Positions 63,950 to 64,000 of a stretch of 64,000 nt of DNA are shown here, one piece after another. Every line of letters starts with the position of its first letter. Within the stretch, counting starts at the first letter, position 1. Made by a program: the position numbers and the translations under genes. The notes under the pieces are model-generated. The model ran no database searches. It had not been told where the DNA came from and saw nothing but the letters and a program-made list of their open reading frames with translations. The DNA comes from a virus, in IMG/VR virus record IMGVR_UViG_3300046167_000815, positions 1 through 64,000 of that record; one strand, written 5' to 3'.

Positions 63950-63981
63950 ATACTAAAATCCTTACTTATCTGCAAGGATTT
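63950..63981 (-). terminator. Stem-loop / probable terminator upstream of the ATPase gene
   Basis: Minus strand AAATCCTTGC-agataa-GTAAGGATTT followed by a T-rich tract. Confidence 0.55.
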
Positions 63982-64000
63982 CGTGCTTTACTAAAACACT

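Noticed and set aside
1-64000. tRNA genes, CRISPR arrays, integrase, transposase, inteins, reverse transcriptase
   Set aside because: None recognised by eye; intergenic gaps are short and no regular repeat-spacer pattern or cloverleaf was seen. A tRNAscan/Infernal run would be needed to exclude small RNAs.

Overview
This window is about 64 kb of an AT-rich crAss-like (Crassvirales-type) phage genome read in the standard genetic code. Its host is most likely a Bacteroidota/Flavobacteriia bacterium, inferred from the gene set and TAnnTTTG promoter boxes. The plus strand (1-53060) is the virion module: terminase, portal, scaffold-like protein, major capsid protein, ring/auxiliary proteins, three fibre+chaperone cassettes, a holin/spanin cassette, a DnaQ/RNase H-like exonuclease, IHF-like protein, tail tube and muzzle. 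It ends with five large cargo/ejection genes, including the virion RNA polymerase (DFDID motif). The minus strand (53105-63921) is a repair/replication module: spore-photoproduct-lyase-like radical SAM enzyme, a UNG homologue with substituted catalytic motifs, PD-(D/E)XK nuclease, RusA-like resolvase, MoxR AAA+ with a VWA-metallopeptidase, primase, SSB-like protein and a Sak4-like ATPase. About 17 single-base indels split otherwise continuous genes and look like long-read errors. Most notable observations: (1) the three giant ejection proteins appear to carry their only cysteines at the abutting termini, suggesting a head-to-tail linked chain; (2) the first cargo protein is a string of small domains, including two muralytic enzymes, separated by about 15 aromatic-x-x-GG motifs; (3) an H-type RNA pseudoknot precedes the SSB-containing genes, recalling T4/T2 gene 32 autoregulation; (4) a terminator loop is antisense to the start-codon region of an upstream structural gene. 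All family assignments are from motif recognition and synteny; no database search was run.
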